A DNA stretch of 63,360 nucleotides, filler included, from Atractiella rhizophila (lineage: Eukaryota): assembly GCA_021432655.1 (NCBI GenBank). It is 4 parts of 4 records of this genome, joined end to end, with 100 filler letters (N's around TTAATTAATTAA, not from the genome) between each part and the next. Parts side by side here need not be neighbours in the genome. Positions count along the whole stretch, not along the records: positions 18,122 to 36,117 come from MU271867.1; 3 more parts are not named here. One strand, 5' to 3'. A program made the translations under genes and the position numbers. Shown piece after piece: positions 24,078-36,217 of this stretch. The stretch's first letter is position 1, and each line of letters starts with the position of its first letter. Under the pieces are notes generated by a model that had not been told where the DNA came from, searched no databases, and saw nothing but the letters and a program-made list of their open reading frames with translations.

Positions 24078-25832
24078 GGCAGGAAGTAACAAATCCGTCC
24101 GCCCTTGCACCAACGAGGAAACGTCTAGTTTCGAGGTATTATGAGAGGAACATCAGAAGGTGTACCGCGAATTGAGAATACAATTATATAAATGGAGGGT
24201 GAGAGCACTGTAACAGAGGCTCAGAACCTGCTGGAGGGAACGAAAACGAGAACTGGAACTTTGGTACGTCGTTCAAGCGTAAATGGAAAGGTATGGTGTT
24301 TTTCAGCCCGAGGGTTGTTTGCAGTGTGCATAACTGGCACAAAGCGTATAAAATGACTAGCAGCCTGTTTAGCTTCACACATTCCCACATTTCACTGCTG
24401 CTGATTTGCCTTCTGAAGGGAGAGGACGCTTTCTCTTAGTGACATGAATGTATGTTCTGGTGCGCTCCGTACCACATACTTATACAACTCTAGGCTCTTC
24501 ATCGAAACGAGCTCTTTTTCTTGCAGTTTGTGCTGGTCGGTTTCATTTCTTATTCATGGTATTGACGGAGAGTTTAGCCTGGTTGATTTCAACCCAAACA
24601 CTCTAGAGGAAGCAGAGCCATCAGACCTTGTGCATCGTCAATTGGACATGCTATCGTTGGCGCTATTGAAGCATATTCAGTTAGTGTGGACTGTTGAGCC
24701 TAGCTCCCCATATTTGATGCGTGTTGCAGCAACTGACATTGCTGTGGGTTCTGAGTTGCAACAGAGACGCTCATGAAACAACGAAAGGCAACACTTGCTA
24801 AGCTTTCATATCAACGGCATTATAGACAGTTAAACCTCCACAGGGGCATTCTTCAGCATGACTTGTCCTTCTGTGTCAAACATCCGAGCCACGTCTTTGT
24901 TCTATCACGTCCCTTAGCAAGTTCTATGATTTTTTTGGAGTCTTATAACGAATTCAGTCGTTCAAACCATCTTCATAAATCTTTACAGCTCAGCATTTGA
25001 CATGTACCTGATCACCAACATTATCAGTTCCTCTCTGATCTCTTTTACCACCTGCACAAACCTAGTTCGAACCATTGGACGACATCCTGCTCACTAACCG
25101 GACTGGTTCGACCGTTTCCTCTCCCTCTTCCCACTCCCTTCAGAGAGGAGACATCGTCAGGATCGTTGGCGCTCCATGCACAGCCAAGACGCACACCCTC
25201 TACTTCTTCGCGCTCACCACACTCGTTGTGTCACTGTTGGACGCGAGAATTCGACCCATCGCACAATCCCCGCATCTCGCGGCGACAGGAGAAAGGAGAG
25301 AAAGTGCAGATTCCGCTTGGGGGAGGAGGAAAGGGAGTGGTGGTGCTGGATCGCGATGGGAAATTCAGGGTGAAGAGATTGGCTGTTGTTGCGTTTCTAC
25401 TTCGAGGGCTGGCTCGGTGATTACCTCAAAGGGGCGAACCTGGACGTGTCGGGGTTGAGTGATGAGACCAATATGGACGCTGTGGTTTGAGTTGCGCTGA
25501 AGCATCTTCACGTCTTTCGCCCCACCTCCCTCCCCAATTAGCGGCGACCATTCGTTCCCTCCCTTCCTATTTAAGAGCGGAGGTGCCGGGAAAGGAAATC
25601 GCTTTCCTCCTCGTTGACGGGCTCTCAGCCTTACATATCCTTCCCTCAACCACAACGATGAACTCAGATCTCATTTCAGCTCTCTGCGAGGCCCTCTCAC
25701 GCACTGGGTGGATCACCCTCATCACGTCCTGGGCCTTTGCACTCTAGCTCCTCTAGTTCAACCCCACAACAACACCTGGTGCAGCCCTTGTCGGAGGCAC
25801 ACTGGGTCCTCATTGCACAGACCGTGACATCC
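24078..25832 (+). repeat. Segmental duplication, copy B
   Basis: Near-identical to 20782-22585, starting 3296 bp downstream. Confidence 0.92.
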
Positions 25833-25979
25833 CCAATCACGAGGAGAGCACAAGTCGAGTTTGAAGGAGATGGCGAACAGCTGGAGACTTGCTTCAGGGC
25901 CAGCGTTAATCCTGGACGAGAGAGGTTCGAGATTGTGATCTCGGATAAGGATGTTGACGCTTTTGAGTGTGGGAGTTGA
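25057..25979 (+). pseudogene. XRCC2-like pseudogene, copy B, with C-terminus
   Basis: Same motifs as copy A, splice acceptor deleted, frameshifts; ends ...RFEIVISDKDVDAFECGS*. Confidence 0.7.
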
Positions 25980-27029
25980 ACAGGATGAAGGTAGAAGATG
26001 TAGTTGTCGATCGTGCTGTAGAGCTGTCCATTCGACATTCGACGAAAGCGAGCATTGGGACTCAGAGTCCCAGGAGGAGTCATTGCTGAGAATAGATCCC
26101 GTGAGTGTTCCTTTGAGTCTGATCTGAGTGAAGTTAGACCTGATGTTAGATGTCTAGAACTCTTAGAAGTCGACCAGAAGCAACTGCAAAGTCGGCGAGT
26201 TGATAACTATCTACGCTTCTCCATGACATTTGGCAGTTGGCACTGGTTCAATGTACATTTTGCGTCGTATTATCCATCTTAACAGCGGCAATTGTGAGGG
26301 AAGATGAAATCAGTGAAATTAGACGGTCCCATCGTGCTGCAATTTGTGCCAAAATGTCACGCATTTCAGCTACAGCGAAAAGTCGAAATTTGTAAAACCT
26401 AGCGATCATCAGATGCATAGGACTTCGCGAATTTGACCATCAACGCCTCGGCAACGAAGGATGAAATATTATTTCCTTCTTCAAACCTTAGCACTTTGCG
26501 GATTGCCAGTGAGAGAGTAGATAGCTTGTATGTATACTAACCAAACGGTGAGTAGTTCTCATAATTCGACCGCTGATCAAGTGATAACTCAGTTTGAATG
26601 CTTTCGTAGGTAGAGGGACTGATGCACTGATGTTCTGTTTATGCTCAGGCACCTTGTATCACTTAGCCAAATGTGAACACCAATCATGTTGATATATGAA
26701 GGGGACAGGGCTCCTGACGATACTTACACGTTATGCCTGAGCTGGACCCAATCATTTGTGGACGCTCTCCCACTCGTACGAAGCATCCTTATACACTTCT
26801 TGCCTTGGGATTGGACTGGCCGTCTCACGAGAAAGCATCCGATTAGCTTTCTACAAACCGTCATCGCTATCTTTCGGATGCGGTCCACATCTATTCTGGA
26901 TCCTTTTGACTGCTCTTTGCTGTTGGATGATTATGCTACTATGACATTGGAAGCACATATCAATATGAAGTTGTCAAGCCAGTCACCCCAGAGTTACCGT
27001 TCGGCTCTGAAGCGCCACAGCCACAGTAG

Positions 27030-28500
27030 CTAAAAGTAAAAAATCTATAATTAAGAGAGCTATTCTAGTAATAATATATAAACCATATAATATTATCTCA
27101 AAATATAAACAAGATGCATAGTACTATTTAAAATAGTAAAAGATATAGTATATGAACAAGATGTATAGTACTATTTAAAATAGTAAAAGATGATATAGTA
27201 TATTATATACCTTAAAATCCTATAAATATTATATGGTGCGAAGCCCCTAGTCCCAACCAAGGTGTCCAATTCGGAAACCAACATACAATACTGACCCTAT
27301 GGACTATCCTCTTGTAAATATGTTGCTTTAATGGTCTAGATGAAAACTACAAAAGAGCTTTTTGATTGCAGTTCTTCATGGTGAGAAGTTCTTTTTTTCC
27401 ATACAGAAATTGGAACAGAAATCGGGTGACTACCGGTACCCTCATTGTACACTGAAACTGACGGCTCTGAGGCAAGAACCTTAACCTTATGAAGAAACAT
27501 TTGCGCCACATCCCAGCTTTTTTCCAAATCTCTCATTGCTTTCTTTGCCACTTCACCTTTGTAACCCCCTTCACTTATAGTTTACAAAGAGGGGAAGAAT
27601 GTTATTGATGCTAGATACTAGGTAAAGGAGTATTTCTCACATCAAAGGTTTCTGGAAATGAGCTTCAACTGGGGATTTTTCTTTCATTTGAATCATACTG
27701 ACTTCTTGTTCTTTGAATCCATGTGTACATACATTTTATGCTTCTAAGAATATCAAACTTTTGCAGGTCCACACTCAGCTTGCAAGCAGGAAAGGAAAAA
27801 ATTGTGTTCACAAATTTGGAACATGTAAGTCATGATAAGTCATGGTTAGACACTTTGGTTGGGACTAGGTGCTTCGCACCATAGCTAATATAATAATAAT
27901 TCATTCCAATAAATTTCTTTTTTATTACCCAAATATTAATGAATGATAAGTGTATATAATTTTTATACCTAAAGATATTATTATTATTATCTTTCATAAT
28001 AGTAATTCAAAAGGATTTATAGCATTTCTATCTAAAACCTATTATTGTGCAGCTAATTCTATAGTATACGATAATATACTATGGAAGAAAGCTCATAAAA
28101 CAGATATAAAATATAAAGCTTAAGATATTATAAATAAACCTATACTTATATTTCAATTTTTTACATAGGTAAAGTATGACTCCCTAAATGACTACTTTTA
28201 TAAATAACCTCTCTAAATAATAAAATATATTTAATGTTATAGTGTTATAGTATATTAATGCTAAGAATAATTATTAATAGCGAAATTAAAACTATGAAAT
28301 GATAATACTCCACTCAACGTAAGAAATAATGAACTAAAACTAGTATACATTAATCAATAAAAAGGACAAATTAAATGGAATTTAAAATTTTATTCCTATT
28401 AAATGAATCATGAATTAATAATTTACTTAAATAATTTACAGAAGATGATTTATATATTGATAATGAATATTTATATCTAATAATTTAAATTACTATCTTC
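27030..28500. other. Extremely AT-rich island, probable NUMT or mitochondrial-plasmid remnant
   Basis: Abrupt A/T-dominated composition against ~50% GC flanks; 47-bp tandem repeat at 27108/27155; no spliceosomal gene structure. Confidence 0.55.
27234..27881. mobile_element. 648-bp MITE-like element, 36-bp TIRs, TA target duplication (Tc1/mariner-type)
   Basis: tggtgcgaagcccctagtcccaaccaaggtgtccaa (27234-27269) vs reverse complement of 27846-27881, 3 mismatches; TA at 27232-27233 and 27882-27883. Confidence 0.85.
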
Positions 28501-29426
28501 ATGGTTTGAACATCTTGATCTGACCGACATGGTGTTTTCAAAAAGCTTCAGCCTGTAGCACTGAACAGAGAACAAGTTTTCAGATTGCTTTAAAGTTGGC
28601 ATTGCAACCTTGGTGGTGATGCAACATCAAAGCTGAATGAGCAAGGAGCAACTGTGGAGCTTAGATGATGTGACAAAGTCTGTGGATCTTCACTGCTTGG
28701 TGGTGCATCAGCAAGCAACTCATGAGATGCCGAAGGTAGAGGGTGATAAAGATTACAAGCGGTGGGGCGAGCGGGACTGCCAGGTGCTGCAAGGTCCGAG
28801 ACCAATCAAAACTCTCTTATTGTATGTTCTATATGAGAATGAAATACATACTGCAAGGTGCGAGACCAATCAAACTCTGGGTCTCACACTTGCAGGGGAA
28901 GTTATGTTATAGCATAAAAGCTGAGTAATAAGAAAAAGGAACCAAGAAAAGATGACTTCGCACCAGCAAGAGAAAGGAGAGTGCGTTTATACTCCTGTGG
29001 CCCCATCAGAGGGTACCGTTTCTACATTGCTCAACTGGAGAGGGAACAAATTGGTGAACCTCATTTGCTGCATCAGGATATCAGGCACAGCTCAAATGAT
29101 CCTTAAACGTATTTCAATGATTCCAACATAGCCAAATATCTGGTAGTTTGCTTGCCATCAAGGAACATGATCGTCATGACAACTAGTGAACCAAGCTGCA
29201 TGTAACGATGATGAGAGTAGGGGATATGAAAAAGAAGAAGAAGTGGTTGAATGAGAAACTGCTACATATAATATGCTGATCACTCATATATCCTTGCCAT
29301 TCCTGACTTGGTTGAAGCATGCCTATCTGGAATACAACCATACAATTACAACATAGAAAGCTTTTATTGATATGTTACCTAACTTCCTCATTTCTCTGCC
29401 TCTACCTCCTCTGCTTCTGGAGATGA

Positions 29427-32145
29427 CTAAATCGGCCGCTTGGCTTCAAGAGCATTCAAGCATGTTGTTTGAGGATCAACTCTTACCTCATGTGCCATCT
29501 ACAAGTTGACTGGCAATTTATCCAAGGCCAACTTCATAAACTTTGCAAGTTTCACAAAGTCTTCTTTCCTCCTGCCTTCTGTTTTCCATTTCTCCCTCAA
29601 TGAGGATCCTATCTTGGACAATGGCCATGCATAAGTTGTCTATTGCTTTTATGGTGCCACAGAACCAAGGATCAAATGCTGCTGCCTTCTGGAACAGAAG
29701 AATACCTCATTGTAAGTAGAACTTAGAACCAGAATATTGATAGATGCCCCTGTAACAAGGAGTACATTGACGCAACCAGTTGCAATACTTGTTAGATGGT
29801 ACTGGCAGAGGGATATGATTGTTTGGAATGTGGGCCAGTAGCCATCAGTACCACCAGACGGACTCCAAATGTTACAATGGAAAATATGTAAACTGGACTT
29901 CTTCTCTCTCTGTTTCACCCTTACACCAGCGTGGAGCGATGAAGAGGTTAAGGTTGAGGCAGGTATGGCTTAAACAGCAACAGACTGGAAACATGGCATC
30001 CCCTAATCGTAGAGTCAGGAACAGTTAATGAGGTCAGAGAACTACTAACAGTCCCTAGTCCATCTGTACATTCGCCATCAATCTCATAGAATGGTTGTGC
30101 CTCCTCTAGGAAAATCAAACGGTAATGTTCGTATACAGACAAATTCGTCAACTTCTGAGGGAGCTTGGGTTCAATTGGTGTGCCTAAGTTCGCAGGATTT
30201 CTGACACTCCGGCTGAACGACTTCTTCGAAGCTTGAGAACTTTTGCCTTGAGCTTGTTTTTTGGGCCGGATGAGCAAAGATAATTGTCACTTAATCTCGT
30301 TGGGATGAAGTGTTTGGTTGAGGATACGAGCTGATAATCAAGGAGAATGAGAAAATATTTTTGAAAATCTAAAGCCTTCAGGTCCATAGTATCATAGGCA
30401 ACCATTAGGGCAAGCTTGTCAATAGTCTTGTAAGTGTCAACTTCGTTATGGCCAGCACTGAACCAAGCATCCTTGAGCAGGATTTTGGAAACTTTCCTCT
30501 TATTGTTGAAATGCCCAGCTTCAACCTGAAAAGAAACACCCTGGTGATCCTGCCAGTAATTTTGTCTACACTGAAGTCGGATATCACTTTCTCTTGCTTC
30601 AGATAAACTTGGTTGCCTTTGAAAACGGGCAATGTTGAAATGAAGGGTCAAGAACTTCCCATTATCCTTGAAGGTGAAGTTTATATCGAAGCCAATTGCT
30701 CAGAAGCCCTTCTGCCAGTTGATTGTACCAAAGGAGTTGATATGGGGGAAGGTAAGCACAACCATGAAGTGAACCAGATGTTGAAAATAGAAAATACTAA
30801 TGATATTCAGATTCAGTTAAGCGATGTGGAGCAAGACAGATCTTGTCAAACTCGAATTCTTCTGAAACCACCATATAAGAGTGACAAAGGAACCAAAAGG
30901 TGTGTTACAGTGTCTTCAATCATAATCCTGAAAGCAAATTCTCGACAACAATCGTTGAAAAGGATGTGGTTCCCTCCCCAAATAACCTTTCTATAGTCCT
31001 AAATGCAAATGTCAGTGAGTAAGTATTGCTGGGAGATGGATTCTCCCTTACTCTCCCCAATAGCCTTCTTCTCGAACTTGAGAGTACCTAGAACACATGA
31101 CCAGTCTTGCTCAACATAAACTTGGTACACCGCTCCCAGTGCCTCGTGTATGATGTGAATCTCTGCATCTGGCTTGCTCGTGTTGTTGCTATCAGACATT
31201 GGTCCCAATCTAGGTTTCTAAACAATCTTGATGAGTGGGGTAACTGTCTCGTGGTGCTCCTTCCGAATAACCCTTGCCCCAGCAGCCACAATATTCGTAA
31301 GAGTGAGTCCCCTGCCTTGGAATGATGTGTCTTTGTAACCATCCTTCTTCTTCGGATGCACAGCGAATTGTGCAGGATGGCCATTTGCATCAATCTCGCC
31401 CCTGGCTTTCAAATCCATCATCACTGCTTCAACTCTTTCGCTGGATGACCTTGTGAGTAGAATGTAGTGAGGACTTCGAGCACAGATTGCAGGTAGGTTG
31501 CCATGTGTTCCTGCTGCTCAACCATCCTCAGTGAGTTGTTTGACTTGATGAGAGCCATGGAAACAAACACTGAAAACATTCTGAACTTCAACAGCTCAGG
31601 TGAAAGTAAGTCAAAGGCACCACCTTTATAGACCTTTGGATTGTGGGAAGGCATTGTGAGAAGATGGGAATGAATCTTGCTGGTTGGGAATGTCCTTTGG
31701 ACTCCTTTTTTATCCGTTAACTCCGCTACCTCATTCACCGGATTCTTCTTTAGCTGTCTACATCTCTTAGCTGTCTGGCTTGGTAGTGATTTCACGAACT
31801 GAAGCAATAACCCCCTCCTCACAATCTTGATCTTGGGCTGTACAGCACTAGCTGTGCCATTATTCCTTTCTTCAATCAAATAGCAAGGCATGAACCCTCA
31901 TTTCATGAAACTGAACACAAGCTGGCAGCTCTGATGTGCTAACCATAGTCTTCGTCTTCCTGCATAGAGGACATGATCCTAGGTCTCCTGAAGAGTAAGA
32001 AGTCGGAACAACAGACAATTCAAAGCAACTTCACAACAATAACACAAGTTGGAGTTAAGCATACACTCACCTCACATTGATCCCCTTGTTCAGAATTGAT
32101 TTCAGTCGACTCTGCACTCACACCACCGGAAGCATCAACTTCCAT
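29427..32145 (-). pseudogene. FunK1 (Pkinase_fungal) kinase pseudogene; catalytic loop region not found
   Basis: KPD...DWSCVLG, KVIWGGNHILFNDCCREFAF..MIED, LWFLCHSYMVVSEEFEF, ITGRITRVF, LLKDAW, HYRLIFLE, LESVWW; many stops and frameshifts. Confidence 0.8.
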
Positions 32146-32879
32146 TTCGGTTGTTGTCTATCCTCAAACTTGTGAAATATTCTGGTGGAGATAAATAAAG
32201 GTTTGAAAAAGTTGCTGTGGTAAAGAGGAAATAATTCAGTAATATAGAGACACTGAGTAGCCAGAATAGGCATAGGTAGTCAATCTTGCTCGTTTCAAGC
32301 ACTTGTCAATGCTCAGTGTATCAGTGCGTCCATCATGATCCACATGATCCACATCTGTAATGAACAATGTCTTGTCCTCAGTTCGCCTCCCAGAGGGGCA
32401 AGGAGGCTTTTGATTTTGAGGTTGGAGCCTCTGAACAGCAGACGTGGTTGGAGGGTTATCTTTTCTCGTTTCCTATTCTGCTTTCATACTGGTATCCCTG
32501 AATCCTGAATAGGTTGTTCCTGCCTGTTGGCTGGCCAACAAATTGTTGTATCTGACAACCAAATAGCCTTACACTTTTGCTTCCCACTTGGCACTGGAGA
32601 CTGGAGATGCTCATCATGAGGAGCAATGAACCAAGCCGAATGTCACCCTGCACTAGTTGGGGTCGTGACTTTCCCCAGAGTCAAAGACACAACTGAATGA
32701 GTACATCTGGGCGAAAGAATCCGATTCTTCCAGACCAAATTGATCCTTCTTTCCTTCCAAGGTATTGAGGAATGTGTTGCCTAAGGGTACGACGTTGATG
32801 CTTTACCAGCCACGGATTATGGAAGGTGGTAGTGAAATGTTTTGCTTCACTTCACTCATTGAATATAATAAGGTCCAAA

Positions 32880-33824
32880 TGTGAGAGTGGGAGCGTGGCA
32901 CTCACCACATCGCCCACCGTTGTCTTCGTACTTGCCCTACTTTGCCCCGCTTCTATATATATGTAGTCCACTTCCTCCTCTCCTGCTTTAGTGATCGTTC
33001 ACCATCTGGAGCAGAGCCGAATGAGCCTCTCACATGGTAGTGAGAGCGGGCTACGATTCCCGGTCTGAATGGACACTCCTTCGGTGGCAAAGTTCGAAAT
33101 GACACCATCGTCATAGGCAAGAAGATTCTGCTCACGAACAAATAAGTCGACAACAGAATTGATTGCCTGTACCACCATTTTTTTTCTCCATTACCTATCG
33201 GATTAGCGATTTCACCATCATCACGCTGTGGACCAGGTCCAGTGCAGATCGGTTTCTCACCTCACTGAAGATATCAGTTATCTATCACACGCCTTACTTT
33301 CTTCCATTTTCTTTCTTCCATTACACCCTCCATGTACTCTCTCGTCTATCAACATATTTCACAATCCTTCCCAATCAGCTCAATCTCACATCCTCTCTGG
33401 CTTTGCCCAATTTTTTTTCCTCCAACACATTTACGATCTCGCTGGTGCTCTCCTATCTGATATTTGATATTTGGGGGATTGGAAACATTTGGCTGCGATA
33501 TCTTCTTGTCTTGTGGTGGTACACCTCATTCATTGGATGCAATTTCAAGGGGGGGGGGGGATAAGGTACACATATTTGGTTCTCTCTCTTGGTTATGGGT
33601 GTGCAGTGTGGCGAGTGAGGGGGGGTGTGAGAGTGGGAGCGTGGCACTCACCACACCGCCCCGCCCACCGTTTTCTTCGCACTTGCCCTACTTTGCCCCG
33701 CTTCCATATATATATAGTCTACTTCCTCCTCTCCTGCTCTAGTGGTCGTTCACCATCTAGAGCAGGTAGGTGCATCTAGAGTGGTCGTTCACCATCTAGA
33801 GCAGAGCCAAACGAGCCTCTCACA
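32880..33824 (+). mobile_element. Small non-autonomous LTR retroelement (TRIM-like)
   Basis: LTRs 32880-33034 and 33626-33824 (TGTGAGAG...CTCTCACA), PBS-like TGGTAGTGAGAGC at 33035, polypurine tract before 33626, 5-bp TSD ccaaa/ctaaa. Confidence 0.88.
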
Positions 33825-33930
33825 CTAAATACCAATGAGACGAGTATAATTCATCAAGGTGGAAATTTCCTAGCCTTGGATTGATTGCAGAAAGGTTAGA
33901 ACAGTATGCATACAAATTTCTTGCCTGCCG

Positions 33931-35097
33931 TCAGGATTTGGGCAACATTTTGCTTGTCCGATCGAGCAGTTCTTCGAAGCCATCGTCCATAATAATCTCA
34001 AACACCAACCTTTTAAAAGCAGCTTCGTCCATTCTATAGAGTGCTCCCATCGTCTTTTGCCTGAGGGCCTTCTCGACGACGGGGAATGTTTCTAATTGGA
34101 CGACACCCCCGCCGCCCAAACTTGCTCGATCGGAGTGACTCGTCAGGGCGGTTCCAGCAGCGGAATGCTTGCGTTTTTTCGCGGGGGGCTCATCTGAATC
34201 GTTGCTACAGGAGGTAGGACGAACGGCCGGGACAGGGACACATTGGCTGCTGGGGGGCGACGGAGACGCGCGGTTTTGAAGTCGACGTTGAGAAAGCAGG
34301 AGGATGCGCTTGTCTCTTTCCAACATTTCGGCCAAGGTCAACCCACCCGTTGCCGCTGACGAGTTGCCGCTGGATGGTGTCTCTTGGTCGAAAGCATCGG
34401 CGCGGGTGGTTTGGGGATGAAGATTCTGTGATCTCTGCGTCTCTGGTTCAGGAGGAATCCTTTGTGACTGTGCTTCCTGCGTCGCGGCTGGTCCTTGACC
34501 TTCGGAAGATCTGCAGGGACACCAAGCGCTGATAGCTCGGACGAACAGTGCAGCTTTCGCGGGAGTCTTGAACTTGAGCTGGAAACGGTTAAAGATGGGC
34601 GGGTTGTGGCTGGCCAAATAGCGCAACCCGACGATGGCACCACGAAAAACTTGCTTTGCCGTGTCAGTAAGCAAGTTGAAGAAAGGCAGAAGGAGGATAT
34701 CACCAGCTTTGATAGGAACCGTGGAGCTGTCACACACTTGCGACGCGTTTGATGAGCTGAACTTGCTGAGATCGAGCTCCTCCTTGATCCAGCTTTTCAC
34801 CTGAGCCATTTCCTTGATATTCAACGACGCACCAGTACTTCCGGTGGGCGTGCCTCTTTCTCCAGAGTGACTTTCAGTAGGGAAGGCTCGCTAACACCGG
34901 TTGAATTCCTAGTGTAATCCACTGAAACGTTCAAGGACGGCTGGGAACTGTCCATGAAATTAGTCGGCATCAAGAGCTTGAGCAAAGAGGTACCAATGCC
35001 ACCAGTTAAGATCTTTTGAGCTTTGACTTTTCCCGCCAACATCAGAACTTGTTGGTCTGTTTCTGGAGTATTTGAGAAGCGGTAAAGAGAGAGCCAT
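33931..35097 (-). CDS. REC114: Meiotic recombination protein REC114/Rec7-like
   Basis: N-terminal LLKYSR...WWH, PH-like region ending NRFQLKF...WCPC, disordered linker, C-terminal LVFEIIMDDGFEELLDR. Confidence 0.65.
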
Positions 35098-35207
35098 TTG
35101 GTCGTAGGAAAGTTTCTGGACGCGACTTGATGTGGCTAGGTCACGTGGGCAGCATTAGTCCAGCTCAACCATCGCATCTCAGACTGAGTGACTGAGTATT
35201 GCGCCTG

Positions 35208-36117
35208 ATGAGTTCATTCGCCTTCAGCCCAGCGTCTACACGCACCCTCACTTCGCTCAACACCCTTCTCTCATCCCGCGAGTACTACAGCGCTCACCAG
35301 AAGCTACGTACGACAGCCGCGCGGCTGCTGAAATCTTCCACCGCGAATGAGTATGATGATAAGGCGAAGGAGGCTGTAGAACTTTTGTTCGAAGGCGCGA
35401 AGAAGCTGCTGGAACACGGAGAGCGGGGAAGCGGCGCAGATTGTGCCGAATATGTAGTAGAGGTCTGGACGGGGAAAGGCGTTGTGATGGGGAAGGAGGA
35501 AAGAGGCAAGTATTTGTTTTGGAACGCTTGATCTGAGTCTTTGTGCTCTTTGCTTGGTTGGAAGAGATGCACCCATGTGCTCATCTGCCGCTTCTATATT
35601 TACTGTGTCAAGACGGAGAGTAATCAAAGCTGATTTGGCATGCATGCTGACCTAAGATCGATTGTGCACATTGACAAGCTGTAACGAGCACCACGCAGCA
35701 AATCGAAAAGCTGTCAGCCCACAGAGCTTACCTAGTACAGCTGTATGATGTTGTCGTCAGCTCACTTGCAAAACGAGTGGACGGAGGAAAACACTCAGAT
35801 TTACGTATATGGGCAATTTGGCACTTTCCTGGCCACTTCAAAGCTGCATCAGGAAGCAGATCGTGTCCAGCGATGAATGTTTGTCGCGACATGTCATTCC
35901 CAAAGGTGAAGCTTAGCATTTTGCCATGGCTTTCCTTCACCACAAGTGTCGTCTCCAAGCAGCTTCCCATGCTCTCTCCATTGTCTCTGAAACAATTGAC
36001 TGACTTCCCTTGTTCTCACAGCGAAGGTCTTCCACCTTATTGCCCTCTTCGGACCCAAAGATTCCTGGCGGACTAACTTCATCTCCTCCGTTCTCATGTA
36101 CGACTGCTTTCTTCCAT
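35208..36117 (+). CDS. GET4: Golgi-to-ER traffic protein 4, 5' part cut by gap
   Basis: EYYSAHQKLRTTAARL...LLFEGAKKLLEHGERGSGAD; GC-AG intron 35506-36021; then AKVFHLIALFGPKDSWRTNFI. Confidence 0.85.
35506..36021 (+). ncRNA. 516-nt structured GC-AG first intron of GET4; candidate H/ACA-like RNA
   Basis: End-closing stem 35514-35523/35986-35995; hairpin GGTGAAG...CTTCACC 35905-35941 followed by ACA; no clean H box seen. Confidence 0.4.
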
Positions 36118-36217
36118 NNNNNNNNNNNNNNNNNNNNNNNNNNNNNNNNNNNNNNNNNNNNTTAATTAATTAANNNNNNNNNNNNNNNNNNNNNNNNNNN
36201 NNNNNNNNNNNNNNNNN
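36118..36217. other. Assembly gap with TTAATTAATTAA linker
   Basis: N block; GET4 3' end and MFS 5' end both missing. Confidence 0.95.

Noticed and set aside
29948..31891. Endogenous bunyavirus-like L protein (H...PD...D endonuclease look-alike)
   Set aside because: The full motif series (GRITRVF, LKDAW, HYRLIF, LESVWW) and a spliceosomal intron fit FunK1 kinase far better.
35700..35740. RNase P/MRP P4 or U1 snRNA 5' end (GAAAAGCT..AGCTTAC; CTTACCT)
   Set aside because: Halves are too close for P4, and other conserved elements such as a Sm site or CR motifs are absent.
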